Source of the DNA: Elsinoe ampelina
Lineage: Eukaryota
Assembly (NCBI GenBank): GCA_010093995.1
Contig: ML992512.1
Coordinates: forward strand, 248,001-277,502
Direction: 5' to 3'
DNA length: 29,502 bases
Part shown: one piece after another, positions 1-12,311 of the stretch
Layout of the letters: every line of letters starts with the position of its first letter
Position numbering within the stretch: the stretch's first letter is position 1
Position numbers and translations under genes: made by a program
Notes under the pieces: model-generated
Databases searched by the model: none
Told to the model about the DNA's origin: nothing
The model's input: the letters and a program-made list of their open reading frames with translations, nothing else

Positions 1-963
1 GTCAATTCATCAACATGGCAAGCAGGTAGTGTTTCAAGAGGTAGACGCCGGACAATGAATTAGTGTTTCGGAGATGGGTGAGACAGAACCTTGCTCCAGC
101 CTGAGCAGTAGTGGGACGCTCGATCGAAGAGGAGTTGTCGAACTAGACCACCATCAACAATGCGCAGCCGACTTCGCAATGGAACCGACGAGGAATGCAA
201 AATATCTATGGCAAAGTCCAGGGGCACGCGTCCATTAAACGCGGAGACCAGCAGCAAATAATCTCAAGGTACAGCAAATATGGACACTGATTGGCTGATT
301 GCGGCTGCACTTTTGGGCGCAATCAAACCACTTGGCGCCGTCTTCTGGTTCGGGGACTTTGTGGCATTTCTAGAAGCGGGAGAATTACCGGGGGCTGCAC
401 TAGTGAATCTCTATCAACTTGTGCATTTTTCTTCTTGGGATTCTCGCCATTTCCCTCCATTATCGACACTCTCGTTCAGAAGAGGGACAAGTGCTCTGTT
501 GTGATCACCAATACTGCACCCAACGATGTCATCAAAGTATGTGATGCAGCCCCAACGTCGGGCGCATCAACTGTCAAGCATATCAACGCCTCCACTGCCG
601 GTAGCCCTACAACGCACCTCTCTCCTCTTGGCTAATATTTGGGAGATCTCTTTTGATCGACAGCAGGGTAGAGAGTCATCGCCGAGATCCATCTACTAGA
701 GAATTGGACGAAATGATAGTTGCCTTTATCCAACGTGACCGGAAGACTCAAGGATGGCCGGCAGCCGAAGAGCGACCAGCACGTGACGGGCTCGGCCGGA
801 GCCGCAGTGCCAAGTCTGGTAAGCAATGACGACTACTCCTATGATTCGGCGTGAGGAATGTAGGTAAGCATCAAGCCCAGCATCCATACAAACATTTGTA
901 CGCCGTATAGGCCGTCTCCAACAACCTGGCTGGTCCATCGAATGCAATCCGTCTGCTTGCGCA

Positions 964-2576
964 ATGTTGTCCGCAATAGCAGTCAGCCTTATAGGCCTGC
1001 TAGCATTTGCGCATGCTGTGCAATGGGCAATCAGCAGCTTCGATGACGGTAGGGAACCGCCTCGACTGAAAACAAGGATACCTCTAGCCGGTCACCTGCT
1101 CGGAATGATTCGTCACGGCCGACACTACTATATGAATGTCAGGTAAGGCGATCCCTCTTGACACGGCCCATTACTTGGCTGACAGCGTCCTTAGCAAGCA
1201 GACGAACGCAGACATCTTCATGCTTGACATTTTTGGAACCAAGCTGTATATATCCAAGACATATCGCCTTACTTCCGCGGTCCAAAGAAGCTCGAAGACC
1301 CTTTCCTTCAAACCCTTCCAGAAGATCACTGCACAGAAAATGGGTGGTGGATCAGCCACTGTGGTCGACAAATTCACCGACCATGTTATCGATGATTTCA
1401 GCCATGCCCAGAGGGCTTCATTCACGCCGGGACCAGAGCTCGACGCCCAGACTGTTCGCATGGGAGAACGCGCTCTCATCGACGTCGAAAGCTTGACGAC
1501 GAATGACAAGCCAACCTCCCTGATGCTCCTGAAATGGTCCAGACATGCTGTTGTCCAAGCTACTAGCTGTGGCATTTTTGGTATTGAGCACCCCTTCCTC
1601 GACACAAAGGTCGAAGATGCCTTTTGGTAATATCTTCTAATAGACTACATTCTCATACTTCTCTGACTGACCCTCCAGGACTTGGCAAGCATGGCTGGTA
1701 TATTCCATGGCCGGCGTTGACATTACTGGTAGAGGTAACCGCTCCCGCGCAATTGTCTTTGATGCGATGCAAAGCTACTGCGCTCAGACGCACACCGACA
1801 TAGCGCCCGTCGTTACTGAGCGATCCCGTGTGATGCGGGAAGCTGGGCTGAGTGAGAAGGAAATCGCAGATCAGCAAGGCTCTTTCTGCATTGCTGCATT
1901 CGCTAATACAGTTCCTACGCTTTTCTGGACGATACATGAGCTATTCTCCCGACCCAATCTCCTAGCTGCTGTCCGGGACGAGGTCACCTCTATTGCAATC
2001 TCTGGTAGTAGGGAGACAGCGTTTACGCTTGACGTTACTATACTCAAGACGAAATGTCCTTTGATTCTCTCAGTGATGCAAGAGACTCAGAGGATGCGCC
2101 ATGTTCATGCCTATATCCGTAAAGTCACAGACGACACCCTGCTCGATGGTAAATGGCTTCTTAAGAAAGGGCACTTCTTACAAATGCCAGGCGAGCCCAT
2201 TCACCGCGAGAAGACAGTCTGGGGAGAATTGGCCGACAAGTTCGACCGTTACCGCTTCATGCCTTCCAAGGGAGACAAGAGCGTTCCGCCGAGCAGTTTC
2301 GCGGCATGGGGTGCTCCTCCACATTTGTGCCCGGCGAGACAATTCGCTACCACGGAGATATTGATCGTTGTTGCGCTACTTGCTGTACGGACGGAGATAG
2401 ACCCTGAGAGTGGAAGGTGGGAAGAGAACCCTGCTGTGGACCTGGCAGATATTGTCACGTTGCACAATCCCAAGAGGGACATCAAGGTGCGAGTGCAGGC
2501 AAGAAAGGAATGGCTCGGTGAATGGAGACTGGACATGGGAGATAGTAGGACGAGAGTGCCACTTGCTTCCGGTTGA
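964..2576 (+). CDS. Cytochrome P450 (CYP7/CYP8-like fungal group), 3 exons: 964-1142, 1195-1626, 1679-2576
   Basis: N-terminal hydrophobic anchor and Pro-rich hinge (REPPRLKTRIPLAGHLLGM). Introns GTAAGG..TTAG (1143-1194) and GTAATA..CCAG (1627-1678) join three ORF-track pieces in frame. I-helix AAFANTVPT, ExxR (ETQR), PERF-like FDRYRF, heme Cys motif AWGAPPHLCPAR. Confidence 0.92.
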
Positions 2577-2723
2577 TGGAGATGCCTGACAAAATTCTAT
2601 CAGCGTGAGTCACCAACATGATGTCTGGAGGTCCACTCAGACTCTCAGTCTTGGCTTTACGACCGTCGACAACATCGAGTCGCTTACTATTCGCACCCAC
2701 AACACGTCCAACGAGGGTGCCGG

Positions 2724-3530
2724 TTACCATACGGCCTCGTCACTGTGTGAACACCGCGAACCAACGTACGATACTGCAGAGAGAGCAGAACACGATCGAG
2801 TTGAGCAAGGTGGAGTTGGGGGATGTGTCTTGGCCTCTGGAGTGCCAGGTTCGTGTCTCTCTCCAGCAAGGCTACTTGAGGCGGAGCGCGAGCGAAGCCA
2901 CGACTTCATGCCATAAGATCGGACTTTGGGTTGTACTAATACAGAACACGCATCATCAACCTGGATGCACACTTTGCCGATATGCTTGCCCGCCTTCAGA
3001 TGAGCATATGCGGCACGCACACTTTCCTGGTCAAACCTGAAGACCTGATTGACAGGCATATCGAGGTCATGTGCCGCCACCACTTTAACCAGATCCTCCA
3101 ACATGGTTCTCGGGCCGACGTAGATACCTCGTAAGACACAGGACTTCCATAGTGTCTGCAGAGGCAGGTTTGCGATCTTTTGGTGAGCGATGCCGGTCAA
3201 TGCACCGATCAATGCCACGATCCCGGTGCCTGTCTCCACACGATGGCTCTCATCAAAGGTGACAAGAACATGGTCGCCAACCTCGAAGCCATTGACGCCT
3301 TCACCAACTCGATGGACGATGCCGCAGACATCGTTCACTGGAATGAGGTCGTCTTTGCAAGGAATCGGCACTTCCCTGGTGCTGTTCCCTAGATCGCGAT
3401 AGTTGAGTGAGACTGCCTTGACTTTGATGACCACACCTCCATGTTTGGCTGTTGGACTGGGCTCCTCTCGTGCTGTGCTATCCTTGTAGGAGGCTCGAAG
3501 TGAGTTGCGAAAGACGATATGAGAAGACAT
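2724..3530 (-). pseudogene. Internally deleted medium-chain dehydrogenase/reductase (zinc-type ADH-like, MDR7-like), probable pseudogene
   Basis: N-terminal GroES-like motifs (VKAVSLNYRD, GIVHRVGEGVNGFEVGDHV) and C-terminal motifs (LRGIYVG, YAHLKAGKHIGKVCI) are present. The central nucleotide-binding region is missing (TFDESHRVETGTG joins directly to IVALIGAL), and the frame runs ~70 codons past the usual family end. Confidence 0.7.
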
Positions 3531-4172
3531 GATAAGACATGATGATGGCTCAAAGGACTAAAGTATCGTAGTCTGATAACAGAGCACGGTCGGTGAATAC
3601 ATACCTTAGATATGCGTCTTAGCAATATCTACCTTGATCTTCTGAGCTTACAGCGCAATTCTCGCGGGTTGGATTACAAGCGTAGCGTCCAATCATTGCT
3701 CCATTGCTTGCATAGTTACCACAGGATTTATAAGTGCTTCAATCATTTGAACGTGGATTCAGATGAATATTAGTGTATGCTCTGTGCATTGCATGATTTT
3801 GTGCAGCTTGACAAACCCTCGTAATTACAGACCTGAACCAGACCCAGTATGAGCATCAATCATTGTTGTATACCATCAGTGAATACGAGTATTCGACCCA
3901 GTTGAACGGCTCGAGAGGTAGCATGGACCTGAAAATGATAGAGCACAAATGCAGGTCCGCAGAAGGGGAAGGTGTACACGAAATGAGGAGGAATTGACGA
4001 GGACCCTTTCAGTTTGAGATCAAGATGCGGCTCTGCTGGGGAGGACAACTTTCCGACTGCCCTCTACGACTTCCATGTACTGATCTCTGCGCACCCACCA
4101 CTTTCTCCTGCGATTCAAGCCGTGCTGTGAGGTCAAACAACAGCCAATGCCTCATCGGTAACACAAAATAAC

Positions 4173-5399
4173 ATGAACGGCTTCGCCGACCATGGACTGG
4201 ACGAGTCCGCCTTTGGGGACAAGGGAGGAATCTCCGTAAAGTCCTTCGATGCCTTCCCAAAGACAAAACCGACATACCAGCAAAAGACACACTCTGGAGG
4301 AGTATGGACCGTCGTCCTTATAGTGCTGTCATGTCTTCTGGGGTTCAGCGAGCTCCGACGATGGTGGGCAGGCCACACCAGTCATACTTTCTCCGTCGAG
4401 AAGGGCATCTCCCACGACCTACAGATCAATCTCGACATAGTCCTCGCCATGAAATGCAAGGATGTGCGGATAAATGTCCAGGATGCTTCAGGCGATCGCA
4501 TCTTGGCAGGCGAGACGCTTAATCGAGCTGCTACGCTATGGAACCACTGGTCAGGAAAGAAGGCAGGCCACCAGCTAGGATCCTCCCAGCAAGAACGCGA
4601 GAAGAACGACCATTCATCAGCCTACGAAGAGGAGGACGTACATGATTACCTTGGCTCAATCCGCGGCTATCGCGCCTTTGCCGACACTCCCCGTGTCCCT
4701 CGAGGCTTCACCCCCGACGCATGCCGCGTCTTCGGCACCCTCTCGGGCAACAAAGTCCAAGGAGACTTCCACATCACCGCGCGAGGCCACGGCTACATGG
4801 AATTCGGTCAACACCTCGACCACTCCGCCTTCAACTTCACCCACCAAATCAACGAACTCAGCTTCGGGCCCTTCTACCCCAACCTCCACAACCCCCTCGA
4901 CAACACCCGCGCCAGCACAGAAGAACACTTCTACAAATTCCAATACTACGTCAGCGTAGTCCCCACCGTCTACACAACAGACAGCAAAAACCTCGAACTC
5001 CTCCACCCCCGCGTCAGCCCCGGAAGCAGCGACGAAGCCCTCAAAGCCCTCCAACGCACATGGGCACTACGCAGCACCAACACCGTCTTCACCAACCAAT
5101 ACGCCGTGACGGAGCAGAGCCACGCCGTCAACGAGTACGCCGTCCCTGGCGTCTTTGTCAAGTACGACATCGAGCCCATCCTCCTCACCATCGCAGAAGA
5201 ATGGGACGGCTGGCTCGCGATGCTCGTCCGCATCGTAAACGTCGTCAGCGGTATCCTAGTCGCAGGAGGCTGGTTGTTCCAGATGAGTGATTGGGCCAAG
5301 GAAGCGATGCGCAAGGGGCGGCGGCGGACGGATAGTTTCGGGGGCGTGCTGCACGGGCGGAGCGCGAGTATGGAGGAGAAGAGGGTTTACACGGACTAG
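4173..5399 (+). CDS. ERV41: ER-Golgi COPII vesicle protein Erv41 (ERGIC family)
   Basis: Intronless 408 aa ORF. SFDAFPK motif then TM1, DASGD, CRVFG..NKVQGDFHI, FNFTHQINELSFG..NPLD, YYVSVVPT, PGVFVKYDIEPI, TM2 near the C-terminus. Confidence 0.9.
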   Translation: MNGFADHGLDESAFGDKGGISVKSFDAFPKTKPTYQQKTHSGGVWTVVLIVLSCLLGFSELRRWWAGHTSHTFSVEKGISHDLQINLDIVLAMKCKDVRINVQDASGDRILAGETLNRAATLWNHWSGKKAGHQLGSSQQEREKNDHSSAYEEEDVHDYLGSIRGYRAFADTPRVPRGFTPDACRVFGTLSGNKVQGDFHITARGHGYMEFGQHLDHSAFNFTHQINELSFGPFYPNLHNPLDNTRASTEEHFYKFQYYVSVVPTVYTTDSKNLELLHPRVSPGSSDEALKALQRTWALRSTNTVFTNQYAVTEQSHAVNEYAVPGVFVKYDIEPILLTIAEEWDGWLAMLVRIVNVVSGILVAGGWLFQMSDWAKEAMRKGRRRTDSFGGVLHGRSASMEEKRVYTD

Positions 5400-5581
5400 T
5401 CACGGCGTGGGAGGATGGGGTGGTGTATCATGTACAATCAATGTCTGGGTAGCATGTCAAGCATATCGCAATGGCAAGTTTGAGAACGAAAGTCCGGTTT
5501 CATCGTTCCCGTTGTTTCTTCGTCCGGGGGGGTATATCCTCCACCTCGGCTCATCCGTGGTGACACAGTCAGTCATCGATT

Positions 5582-8500
5582 TCATTCCTCCTCTCCTTCG
5601 GCGTCCTCCTCGCTTTCTCCCTCCGCGTCTTCCTCGCCTTCTGCATCTGGCACGAATTCATCTTCGTCATCCTCGTTATCGTCGTCCTTGACTTCCACCT
5701 CGACTTCCACCTCCATCGCATCATCCACCTCTCCCTCCGCGTCTTCTTCCTCTTCCTCTTCTTCGCCCTCTGCGTCGACCTCATTCGCCGCGCCGTCACC
5801 ACCATTCACCTTCCCTCCCCCACCGCCCTGCTCCTCTGGCTCATCCTGCTCCTCCTGCTCCTCCCCCTGCCCCTCCCCCTCGTCGACCGCCTCCTTCCTC
5901 CCCTCCTGCCTCCCATTAACCCTCGCCTCCCTCCCCAACCCCGACCTCCCCCTCAACCCCCCACCCGGCGTCCCTCCCCCACCCACCCCGCGATCCTTCC
6001 TCGGTCTCCCTCCACCAGGCGAATTATACCCCCTCCGCCCCCCGTAACTCCGTCTCGTACTCCTGCTCCCCAACGGCCTACCTCGCTTCTTCGGCGCTGC
6101 GCCCGGTATAGGCGGAAACACCTCGAAGCGCGAAGGCGGGATGTGGGACAGTCGGGTACTGCTCGTCGCGGATTCGGAGAAGAGCGTGTCGTAGCTTTGG
6201 CGGCGGGAGAAGGTGGTGATGCCGTTGGGGGTGGAGGGGTATTTGATGGGTGAGCGGGCGGGGGAAGAGGTGGATGGAGGGAGGGGTGGGGGTGGGAGGT
6301 GGGGCTTCTTGAGGGTGCGGGGGGAGACGGGGTCGGAGGGGAGGATTGATGTGCCGTTGGGGAGGGGTGGGGAGGGGTCGGTGTGGATGCCGTTGGTTTT
6401 CGGTTCGGGTGGGGGCATGTGGTTTGTTGGTTTGGGGTCTTCGGCGTCGGAAGGCTCGTCGCGGGGAGCTTTGGTTTGGATTGGGGCGTTGGCCTCTTCC
6501 CCGATGGCGAAGTAGGACGTGGGTCGGCCCATGACGTAGGGAGTCCAAATGAGCTTGGAACCGTCGATGGTCATGTGGTTCTTCTTGTCCTGCTTTTCGA
6601 CGTATTCTTTCATGTAGTCAAAGTCCAGACGGAAAGCGTAAGTGTGGGTGACAGGGTCGCGAACGAGGAATCGAAGAGCCTCAAGTGTAGAGATGATGTC
6701 GTCGGGAGTCATGCCAGTCTCTCGTGCAATGTTTGCGACCGATAACGGCTCTGCGATTTTGCTGGTGTCCTTGTATCGCAGCAATAGTTTGCAAAGAACA
6801 CCTCGCCAATACGATCGGTATGACACCAGACCCATGTCAGAGAGCGGCTTCTCCGGCGAACCAACGCGTTTCTCAACCTTAGTGAGCAGGTATGAGAACT
6901 CGATCATGGTGCGTCCAAAGCCTCTCCGCATATGTATTGGTAAGACCAGGATGCAGGAGACGTTGTTGCCTGGGTTGAGAAAGATGTTGGGATCAGATGT
7001 TGGTGGGTGTTCGTCTGCTCCTCCGACTGAGTGCACTGACCCGGCGAAAGACGGATTCGGCTGCTGACTTGGAGGCGGACCAAGTCCTCGTTTCTCCTTG
7101 GAGAAGTACCCAACAAAGTGGCAACCGAACTCGTCATTCTCGGTCATGACATAGAACAAGAATGGCTCAACGTCGTAGTAGAGGGTTTTCGAGCCGAGGA
7201 AGAGCTTTGCTAGTAGACAGAGGTTCTGGCAGTACAGAGGATTGCGTCGTCCATCCACTTCGAAGAACGACAGAGTAGTCGGCCGCTTGGTCTCTGGATT
7301 GATGATCGGACTGCGATAGATCTCATCGCCAGGTGGATGGCGTGCTGGGCATTTGAGCTTATGCCGCCACGCGACGAAGTCTGAGCTCATATACTTCAAG
7401 CAGAACTCGCAAATGTAGAGCGTTTTGTTGCGACTGTACTCCTCAGGATATGGAGCAGCGTGCCATGTGTCGATCTCGTTGTTGCCAAAATTGATACACT
7501 TGATCTTACTAGGAGGACCGAGTGTCTTGGGTCGAGCCGGCGTCTCAGATGCTTGAGCTTCAGTCTTGCGGCGCCAGTCTTCCTCAGCCTTCCGCCTTGC
7601 CGCTTCGAAGACTTCACGGTCTTCTTGTTGAGGATATGTACGGTCTGTCTTGGCTTCTGAATCTGTCAGGATCCCGCCATATGGCTTGCCTTTCAGCTCA
7701 TCCACCTCGCGATCTGGAAAGGCGTAAAACGGATTCGAATACATGGTCGTCGCTATCGCTGGATAGTGTGCTTGCGGTTCCGGTGGCGGCGCAGCTGCAG
7801 CTGCAGCTTGCTGGTTCTGACGCGCCCTGCGCTCTCGATCTCGTTCACGTCTTCGTTGCTTGCGCTGTGCATTCTTCTCGACGCCGTCTAGCGCTGCAGC
7901 GCTGATAGGTATCGCAATGATAATTGTCTTGGCCTCCATATCTTTCGTGATGATCCGTGCTGATGTTGACGTTGATTTATGCTGACGTCGGGGCCTACCC
8001 GAGCCTTCACCATCTACACCGTTCGCTGTGGAAGGCCGAGAGGACTGCGCACGAGCAACACGTACGTTCTCCTCGACAACCGATGCTGTGGATGTCCTTC
8101 GGCGTTTGAGATCGCCAGATGCATCCTCGTCGTGTTCTTCGGTCGATTTCCGCTTCCTAAGTGCTCGTGAGCCATCCATGGGATCCTCGTCCAATATGAG
8201 GTTGTTAAAGACGGAATGAGACCCCGGTTTGATGCCACCTCGTGCTGCCGGGAGGAGGTCACGTGCCAACTTCGGCGCTGAGGCACTCCGGAGCGCAGCA
8301 TTTGGATCGATCTCCTTGACAATCGGGCCTTCTTCATCTGGCTCGAGGCCGTTTTCGATGCAGGTCGGACACCGCCATCGCGCGATATCTAGATGCATTG
8401 GTTAATGTGCGTTGGTGGGATATTTGACGGGACTTGACTCTTACCATCTTCGGCGCCCAACGCTTCTGCGTCTCTAGCGCATTGTCGATGAGCTGTGTAG

Positions 8501-9081
8501 GGTGTCAGCATGCTCGGCCTCAGTCTGCATGACTTGTCCATTTCCGTAGTCGACTCACCATTATCACCACATACGCCGCACGACAGGATTTCTTCGTAGT
8601 CCTCGCCCGGGTCGTGCTCTTCATCTTGGCCACAAAATCTTGGAATAACAGGTCAGCATTCCGCCAGCTTTTGTGGTGAGCAGACTTACACGCATCGACT
8701 AGACACAGCGTTGTCTGCTTCGGCATCTTCCTCTTCTGCTACCTGATTCTCCGCTTCCCACTCATTCTCGGTGCCAGATCCGGAGTCATCAGATTCATTG
8801 TCCACAGAGCCATCGTTGCTTTCGACCTCGGCATCCTCGTCGTCACTGCCAGACTGAGCCTTGGTGTTGCGACTGCTACGGCGCTTCACAGCTCCGACAA
8901 CCTCGCTGTCCAATTCATCCTCGTCCACTTCTTCGCCTTCGGCATCTTCCTCTGACTCTGATCTTTCAGCCTGGACTTCGATGTCATCATCCTCTCCTTC
9001 GGCATCCTCTTCAGACTCCTCGACATCTTCCATTTCTACATCCTCTTCCTCCGGCTCCTCTTTCTTCCTGGGCCTTGCCAT
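5582..9081 (-). CDS. SAS3: MYST-family histone acetyltransferase with N-terminal PHD finger (Sas3/Mst2 type); exons 9081-8690, 8638-8559, 8492-8445, 8388-5582
   Basis: MYST motifs: WHAAPYPEEY, C2HC finger CEFCLKY..H..C, HPPGDEIY, CQNLCLLAKLFL.SKTLYYDVEPFLFY, GYFSKEK, GSPEKPLSDMG. Three introns reconstitute a PHD finger CVFC...CGVC.DNAHRQC...WRCPTC. Acidic N- and C-terminal tails. Confidence 0.92.
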
Positions 9082-9781
9082 TGTGAAGGCAGCAATTTCG
9101 CTCTATGGTGAAAGCTCAGCGATATGAGCTACAGGCGCAAGATCGTGCCAGAAATTCAAACCAGCCGAGTGCAGAGCCGGGCGCTACATCAAGCTCATTT
9201 CGTCTTTCACCACTTTTCGAAGTATGGTGCTGTGAGTCTAGGGTGCTGCTGAGCTTTTTCGATGCGCAAAACAAGAGAAGGGAGGCATCAACACGCGCTG
9301 ATTTGCATGTGAAGTCTTGCTTCGCCCAGATGGTCCTCCAGAAGCTCCAGGCGCAAGTGAGTACAAGAAGTAATGAGTCGAGCGAGGCGCGTCGCGAATC
9401 GCTCTGCGTGTCACCAGGGCCCACACAGAGTCAGCTTAGAGATCGACGGGGTATTAGGCGCAGTCCAGCGCGTCGAGACGTAGATTATAGCGTAGTGACA
9501 GCGCTGCAAGGCGCGGCGAGAGCTGCACTTGTCTTGCACGGCCGGAGTCGTGTCACTATGCGCGAGTCATGGTATTGTAGGGTTAGGGTCTCACCCTCAC
9601 TGCTCGGCTGCATTTGCTTGGCCGGGTCTTCTGCCGTTCACCAACGACAAGACTGTCACGACGAGTGTCTTATTCGACCGTCCAGGATCCATTGCACCTC
9701 AACCACAGCCCCGTGAACGTATTACCTCCGCGCAGCGTCTGCCCAGAACAATCGGCATACCTCAACACTGAACCGCTAGCA

Positions 9782-10263
9782 ATGGGTGTTCCGTTCGAGG
9801 CCCTCATCCCGTATGGGATCATGATTGGTGTATGTCTTGCGATACGAGTATGAGCAAGAGTCAGGATATGCTGATGCGGATGAAATAGTTCTTCGGCTTG
9901 AGCGGAGCAGCCCTTTCGAAGATCAGACACATGGACAACGGAGGCAAGCGGCCGCGACACTCAGTAGACGGATGGGACAGACAGAGTAAGGACACCCCAG
10001 GGCGAATGAGGTGGGGCATCGAACGCATTCAATACGCTCGATGTGCAAAGAGGTGATTGTTTAACGTACATGCACTGACATGGGACTAGTGATGGAGAGG
10101 GACCTGAGGCTTACAGGATATCTGAGAGGGCAAACGGATCAAGTAAAGGCGCCAAAGGGTTTCGAGCTGAGCAACAGATGGAAGGTAAGGAGACTTATCA
10201 ACTACTGGATTTCGTATCTAGGTCAATGCTAACGATAGACAGCTGGAGCCGTCGTTGACGTAG
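9782..10263 (+). CDS. NDUFA1: NADH:ubiquinone oxidoreductase MWFE subunit (NDUFA1 homolog); exons 9782-9829, 9889-9985, 10090-10184, 10243-10263
   Basis: Spliced translation MGVPFEALIPYGIMIG-FFGLSGAALSKIRHMDNGGKRPRHSVDGWDRQ-MMERDLRLTGYLRGQTDQVKAPKGFELSNRWK-LEPSLT*. All three introns are GT..AG with CTRAY branch sites. Missed as a whole by the ORF track. Confidence 0.93.
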
Positions 10264-10640
10264 AGCCCACAGCATTTCCTTTCACGAATCCATGTATAGC
10301 ACAACATAACAGCGAAATACGTCTTCAAAACCATCCCGGGTCGTGTGTCTAATCGTGGTCCTGGCATCTCATCTCATCGTTTGTCACGTCCATGCCGACA
10401 CCACACGTCCTCATCACACAAATGCTATCGTGCAGATATTACGGCGCCTGGCACAACTCAGAATGGGTCAGAAATGACGGAAGAGGTAGCTCTTCAATCG
10501 CGCGACAGGTTGAATCTTTACCAACAGTGTTATACTGACAACAGTACTTATCCAATTGCTGACGTTGTCATTCTGTCCAGCTGAATTTAGCTGAAATTGT
10601 TACTCTTCATGATTCTCCTAGTTCGATAGTGCTCAAGCAT

Positions 10641-11451
10641 CTACGCACTTGCCTCCTTCAAGACATCATACTGTCCGTCATTGCTAACGCCGCCCTGCGA
10701 CTGCCCGCCGACAACACCAGGCTGCTGGGCATCGGCCTTCTGCAGACCCTGCAGCGCAACACGCGACGGGTCGTTCTTGGTCCCCACATCCGCCGAGAAG
10801 CTGGCATTGGGCTCATTCCCATCGAAGCCTCCCTCGGTCAGATTGGCGCCCTTGGGCTGGAACCTGCCATCTCCCTGCCTCGCTGCCTCCCTCTCAGCCA
10901 CGCCGCTCGCGGCCTTGGTGCTCGGGATACCACCACTAGCGACACCGCCAATGGCCCCGCCACTGGAAGCACCGCCAGCGACATCCCCAGAGGCACCCCC
11001 ATATGAACCACCAGAAGCAGCCGCATACGACCCCGAACTACCTCCCGTGGCGGCCGACCCCGCATTCCTCTCCCCAAAAACAGCATTCTTATCACTAATC
11101 TCCCTCCCAGCATTCAACTGCCTAGTCTCAGACCACTCCTCCTCAGCGAGCCTCGCATCGGCATTCGGCGCCGGAGCCAGCTCGGTCGCGCCGGAAGTGT
11201 CGGTGGTGTTGGTCGTGGTGGACTTTGAGGGCTGCGAGCTGGCTGCCGCGCCGGTGGTGGAGCCAAAGTCGCCGCCTGAGGCGAGGGATTCGCCGGCGAG
11301 ACTGTCTGAGGTGATGACGCCGGGGGCTTCGTTGATGGGGTTGGTTTGGGAGGTGGGGTCGGTTGTGACCTGGGGGTGTGAGTTGGTGTTGCGTGGGAGA
11401 GAAGGGAAGGGAAGGGGAGGGAGGTACCTTTGTTCCTGAGCTGTGAGACAT
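10641..11451 (-). CDS. Gly/Ser/Ala-rich hydrophilic hypothetical protein (~250 aa); exons 11451-11428, 11369-10641
   Basis: ATG 11451 (MSHSSGTK), intron GTACCT..CCCAG (11427-11370), then in-frame VTTDP..NEAPGVITSDSLAGESLASGGDF..PKGANLTEGGFD..DPSRVA. The ORF-track N-terminus from 11579 reads through the intron and UTR. Confidence 0.8.
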
Positions 11452-11924
11452 GATGGGTGGATGGGTGGGTGATTTGGTGATGTACAGTGAGGATTAGTGC
11501 CGGTGGATGTTATGTGAGGAGGTGGTAGTGTTTTGCTGAGTTTAAGAGGGAATTGGAAGCTCGATTTCAAGGATGGCATGAGATCTCATCATTTCTGTGT
11601 TGCATGGCTGTGACATCACGTTGAAGGATCGCAGGTGGCGGATCCGGGTCATGCTCCGCTGTGGTCATGAAAATTGGGTCTTGAGTGCTACCGCGGAAGG
11701 TATCTTTCGTGGGACATTATTGTACGTGTAAGTGCAGTCTCACAGAAACCGATGAGAAGTCCAGGAAATTTACACACACGGCACGGGAAAGACTATTGGC
11801 TTATCGAGTTCATTGCATGGTGAAACTATTTGAAAAGTACCCCGCAACGCCACTTGGAGGGGCTCGAAGCCGCTGACGGCGAGCTCTTCTACGTTGAAAC
11901 TTTCGTTTTGGTATCTCAAGTCAT

Positions 11925-12311
11925 CTACTGCTTTCCGGTAGGATCGCTGTTGTGAGGGTAACCCTTGTCTGGGTTCCTCGTCTCAGCTACATCGTCGCTC
12001 TTCTTCCCTGATGCCAGCGCGTCGCTAGGCAGGCCGTCGAGGCCCTCCTTGCCCTGCCTGCCCACATTCTTCAACGAATCGACGTTTCCGAGAGCAGAGT
12101 TGGGATCAGTGCGGACACCGCTGTCGCCGGTCGCCGGGTCGCGGAGGTCCCCATCACCAGTTGTGAATCCACCAGAGATACCGCCTGAGCCGACATTAAC
12201 GGTTCTCTCGTCGGCGGAGTTGAAGTCGGAGGCGACGGGAGGCTGCTCTGGCAGAGGCAAGTTGGCCTTGCGCTCCTCGATGATTTCGGACTTGGATCTG
12301 TTGTCGGACAT
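11925..12311 (-). CDS. Small hydrophilic hypothetical protein (128 aa)
   Basis: Good start context (AAGACCATGT), C-ending codon bias, and motif KANLPLPEQPPVASDFNSADERTVNVGSG..LRDPATGDS resembling conserved fungal hypothetical proteins (from recall). Confidence 0.8.
   Translation of the reverse strand: MSDNRSKSEIIEERKANLPLPEQPPVASDFNSADERTVNVGSGGISGGFTTGDGDLRDPATGDSGVRTDPNSALGNVDSLKNVGRQGKEGLDGLPSDALASGKKSDDVAETRNPDKGYPHNSDPTGKQ

Noticed and set aside
1..950. Short ORFs on both strands upstream of the P450 (60-257, 280-504, 291-635, 632-826)
   Set aside because: No recognisable motif or consistent splice model; treated as intergenic or unidentifiable decayed sequence.
9105..9716. 203-codon plus-strand ORF between SAS3 and NDUFA1
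   Set aside because: Non-ATG start in a divergent promoter region, and the translation is not protein-like.
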